In this document: positions 59,997 to 64,000 of the stretch, one piece after another | How the letters are laid out: every line of letters begins with the position of its first letter | How positions within the stretch are numbered: position 1 is the first letter of the stretch | Source: Escherichia coli | GTDB lineage: Bacteria; Pseudomonadota; Gammaproteobacteria; Enterobacterales; Enterobacteriaceae | Assembly (NCBI RefSeq): GCF_003334305.1 | Contig: NZ_QOWS01000004.1 | DNA: 64,000 bases | Strand: one strand, 5' to 3' | Made by a program: the position numbers and the translations under genes | Notes under the pieces: generated by a model | What the model was told of the DNA's origin: nothing | The model's database searches: none | What the model saw: the letters and a program-made list of their open reading frames with translations, nothing else

Positions 59997-61415
59997 ATGA
60001 AACAAGAAGTTATCCTGGTACTCGACTGTGGCGCGACCAATGTCAGGGCCATCGCGGTTAATCGGCAGGGAAAAATTGTTGCCCGCGCCTCAACGCCTAA
60101 TGCCAGCGATATCGCGATGGAAAACAACACCTGGCACCAGTGGTCTTTAGACGCCATTTTGCAACGCTTTGCTGATTGCTGTCGGCAAATCAATAGTGAA
60201 CTGACTGAATGCCACATCCGCGGTATCGCCGTCACCACCTTTGGTGTGGATGGCGCTCTGGTAGATAAGCAAGGCAATCTGCTCTATCCGATCATTAGCT
60301 GGAAATGTCCGCGAACAGCAGCGGTTATGGACAATATTGAACAGTTGATCTCCGCACAGCGGTTGCAGGCTATTTCTGGCGTCGGAGCCTTTAGTTTCAA
60401 TACGTTATATAAGTTGGTGTGGTTGAAAGAAAATCATCCACAACTGCTGGAACGCGCGCACGCCTGGCTCTTTATTTCGTCGCTGATTAACCACCGTTTA
60501 ACCGGCGAATTCACTACTGATATCACGATGGCCGGAACCAGCCAGATGCTGGATATCCAGCAACGCGATTTCAGTCCGCAAATTTTACAAGCCACCGGTA
60601 TTCCACGCCGACTCTTCCCTCGTCTGGTGGAAGCGGGTGAACAGATTGGTACGCTACAGAACAGCGCCGCAGCAATGCTCGGCTTACCCGTTGGCATACC
60701 GGTGATTTCCGCAGGTCACGATACCCAGTTCGCCCTTTTTGGCGCTGGTGCCGACCAAAATGAACCCGTGCTCTCTTCCGGTACATGGGAAATTTTAATG
60801 GTCCGTAGCGCCCAGGTTGATACTTCGCTGTTAAGTCAGTACGCCGGTTCCACCTGCGAACTGGATAGCCAGGCAGGGTTGTATAACCCAGGTATGCAAT
60901 GGCTGGCATCCGGCGTGCTGGAATGGGTGAGAAAACTGTTCTGGACGGCTGAAACACCCTGGCAAATGTTGATTGAAGAAGCTCGTCTGATCGCGCCTGG
61001 CGCGGATGGCGTAAAAATGCAGTGTGATTTATTGTCGTGTCAGAACGCTGGCTGGCAAGGAGTGACGCTTAATACCACGCGGGGGCATTTCTATCGCGCG
61101 GCGCTGGAAGGGTTAACTGCGCAATTACAGCGCAATCTACAGATGCTGGAAAAAATCGGGCACTTTAAGGCCTCTGAATTATTGTTAGTCGGTGGAGGAA
61201 GTCGCAACACATTGTGGAATCAGATTAAAGCCAATATGCTTGATATTCCGGTAAAAGTTCTCGACGACGCCGAAACGACCGTCGCAGGAGCTGCGCTGTT
61301 CGGTTGGTATGGCGTAGGGGAGTTTAACAGCCCGGAAGAAGCCCGCGCACAGATTCATTATCAGTACCGTTATTTCTACCCGCAAACTGAACCTGAATTT
61401 ATAGAGGAAGTGTGA
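59997..61415 (+). CDS. fucK: L-fuculokinase
   Basis: Start at [21 protein letters not shown] (GGAG SD 5 nt upstream), 472 aa; the ORF extends upstream to 59967. Confidence 0.93.
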
Positions 61416-61416
61416 A

Positions 61417-61839
61417 ATGCTGAAAACAATTTCGCCGTTAATTTCTCCCGAACTATTGAAAGTGCTGGCAGAGATGGGACATGGAGATGAAATTATTTTT
61501 TCCGATGCTCACTTTCCCGCCCATTCGATGGGACCGCAGGTGATCCGCGCTGATGGCCTGTTGGTGAGCGACTTGCTCCAGGCGATTATCCCGTTATTTG
61601 AGCTGGACAGTTATGCCCCGCCGCTGGTGATGATGGCAGCGGTAGAAGGTGACACTCTCGATCCTGAAGTAGAACGACGTTACCGTAATGCGCTTTCACT
61701 ACAAGCCCCGTGTCCTGACATCATCCGCATCAATCGTTTTGCGTTTTATGAACGGGCGCAAAAAGCCTTTGCGATCGTTATCACAGGCGAACGAGCGAAG
61801 TACGGGAATATTCTTTTAAAAAAAGGGGTAACACCGTAA
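61417..61839 (+). CDS. fucU: L-fucose mutarotase
   Basis: 140-aa [37 protein letters not shown]... Confidence 0.95.
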
Positions 61840-61896
61840 TCTCATACCGGTACGCCCGCATGACGCGGGCGGTTATCGAATGATGGGGTGAAAAAT

Positions 61897-62628
61897 ATGA
61901 AAGCGGCACGCCAGCAAGCGATAGTCGACCTGCTGCTGAACCATACCAGCCTGACCACGGAAGCTCTCTCTGAACAGCTAAAGGTCAGTAAAGAAACCAT
62001 TCGTCGTGATCTCAATGAATTACAGACGCAGGGTAAAATTCTGCGCAATCATGGACGCGCTAAATATATCCACCGTCAAAATCAAGACAGTGGCGATCCC
62101 TTTCACATCCGGCTGAAAAGCCATTATGCGCATAAAGCAGATATCGCGCGCGAGGCGCTCGCGTGGATTGAAGAAGGGATGGTGATAGCCTTAGACGCCA
62201 GTTCAACTTGCTGGTATCTGGCACGCCAGTTGCCTGACATCAACATTCAGGTCTTCACCAATAGCCATCCGATTTGCCATGAACTCGGTAAACGCGAACG
62301 CATTCAACTGATCAGTTCCGGCGGCACACTTGAGCGCAAATATGGCTGTTACGTCAATCCCTCGCTGATTTCCCAACTTAAATCGCTGGAAATCGATCTG
62401 TTTATTTTTTCTTGTGAAGGGATCGATAGCAGCGGCGCACTGTGGGACTCCAATGCCATCAACGCTGATTACAAATCGATGCTATTAAAACGTGCCGCGC
62501 AATCGTTGTTATTGATTGATAAAAGTAAATTTAATCGTTCAGGGGAAGCCCGCATCGGGCATCTGGATGAGGTAACGCACATTATTTCTGATGAGCGCCA
62601 GGTTGCAACTTCTTTGGTAACAGCCTGA
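61897..62628 (+). CDS. fucR: DeoR-family activator of the fuc regulon
   Basis: 243 aa from MKAARQQAIVDLLLNHTSLTTEALSEQLKVSKETIRRDL (HTH). Confidence 0.93.
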   Translation: MKAARQQAIVDLLLNHTSLTTEALSEQLKVSKETIRRDLNELQTQGKILRNHGRAKYIHRQNQDSGDPFHIRLKSHYAHKADIAREALAWIEEGMVIALDASSTCWYLARQLPDINIQVFTNSHPICHELGKRERIQLISSGGTLERKYGCYVNPSLISQLKSLEIDLFIFSCEGIDSSGALWDSNAINADYKSMLLKRAAQSLLLIDKSKFNRSGEARIGHLDEVTHIISDERQVATSLVTA

Positions 62629-62671
62629 CGGAAAGGGTAGCAGGCCGGAGACGACGCCCCGGCCTTGCCTG

Positions 62672-63772
62672 TTATCGCTCGTCGCGACGACCACCCACCG
62701 CAGCCCAGATGCGGCGGACGTGCACCGTCACTTCTTCGCGATCGTGATACAACTGCCGCGCCTGAATCTGAGCATTTATGCCATGTTCATCAAGCTGTGC
62801 CTGAATATACGCCAGATTGTGTGACACTTCTTCGTAGCGTTTTTTCATCGGCAGTTTGAGGTTGAAAATGGTTTCACGACACCAGCCATTAACCAGCCAC
62901 TGCGCCATCAATGCCGCAACTTTCGCCGGTTTTTCAACCATATCGCATACCATCCAGGAGATATTGCTGCGCGTCGGACGGAATTTGAAACCATCTTCCC
63001 GCAGCCACGTCACCTGTCCGGTATCCATCAGACTTTGCGCCATCGGGCCGTTGTCGACGGAATAAACCCACATGTTGCGCTTCACCAGTTGGTAGGTCCA
63101 GCCGCCAGGGCAAGCGCCTAAATCCACCGCCCACATCCCGTTCGCCAGGCGTTCATCCCACTCATCCGCAGGAATAAACACATGAAATGCCTCTTCCAGT
63201 TTGAGCGTGGAACGACTCGGCGCATCTGCCGGAAATTTCAGGCGCGGAATGCCCATATAGAACGGCGAATTATTGTTGCTGTATGAGTAACCGGTATAGC
63301 AGCAGCCTGGTGCAATAAAGAATACATGCACAACCGGACGCTTCGGCGTTTCATAGTTCGCCAGCACCCCAGCATCGCGCAAGGCAGCGCGTAGCGGAAC
63401 AGTGAATTTACGGCAGAATTTCAGCAACTCTTTGCTTTCGTTGGTATCGGCAACTTCAACACGCAGTTCACCGCCCTTCTCTACTACGCCCTGTAACATG
63501 CCGACAATGGGGGTAATACGATCTTCTGGCGGCAAATGCTGCAGGAGCTCCCCCACCACAAACCACTGGCGGGCAAAAATTAATGAACTGAACGGCAGCT
63601 CACGGATTAACTTATCGCCATCATCAGGTTGATAACATTCATAAATGACATAACCCGCATTCTCTTTCACGCGGGCAAAACCGAAAATTTCCCGCTGGCC
63701 GGCTTTATCGGTAATTTCTGCGGCGCACTCTTTTTCAAAGCCCGGACGGCACAGCAATACAACCTTATTCAT
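62672..63772 (-). CDS. rlmM: 23S rRNA 2'-O-ribose C2498 methyltransferase
   Basis: 366-aa [29 protein letters not shown]... Confidence 0.93.
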
Positions 63773-64000
63773 GACTTACGCCCTTGCGCTTTAAACGGAT
63801 AGCACCAACTAACATTAACGCCCAGCCCGCGAGGAAGCTCACGCCGCCAACCGGAGTGACAAACGCCCACAAACGCAGATGGGACAGTGCCAGGCAATAA
63901 AGGCTGCCGCTGAACAGCACCGTGCCTAACGCGAGGAAAACGCTACTCCAGTAAAACCAGATACTGATGCGACGCTGCATTGCCACCGCCAGACCTAAGA
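63765..64000 (-). CDS. ygdD: DUF423 inner-membrane protein (C-terminal part; 5' end beyond the window)
   Basis: Hydrophobic ORF ...[36 protein letters not shown]...; reading frame stays open to the window edge. Confidence 0.8.

Overview
This window reads as an Escherichia coli-type chromosomal segment that is gene-for-gene syntenic with the K-12 cas-cysJIH-ygc-eno-relA-barA-gud-csrB-sda-fuc region; all identifications are from reading the sequence and ORF translations, with no database search run. It opens inside a type I-E CRISPR array whose leader abuts a complete minus-strand cas operon (cas3, cse1, cse2, cas7, cas5, cas6e, cas1, cas2). A small Hok-family type I toxin gene with a coupled mok-like upstream ORF sits between cysH and the cas3 promoter. 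The cryptic ygcNOP / ygcWUSRQ / yqcE-ygcE cluster lies between queD and queE, followed by a relic CRISPR remnant and a second intact 10-repeat array. The rest is housekeeping: eno, pyrG, mazG, mazEF, relA, rlmD, barA, gudPXD, yqcA, truC, yqcC, the csrB sRNA with its UvrY box, syd, queF, ppnN, sdaCB, xni, the fuc regulon, rlmM and partial ygdD. No large insertion, prophage, IS element, integrase or tRNA gene was seen. The strongest candidate for something not yet described is regulatory: two mirror-image intrinsic-terminator hairpins, each ending 24 nt before the start codons of divergent ygcW and yqcE, flanking a perfect CRP box, in a cluster that encodes a GlpP-like antiterminator (ygcP). That points to an attenuation-controlled catabolic island of unknown substrate.
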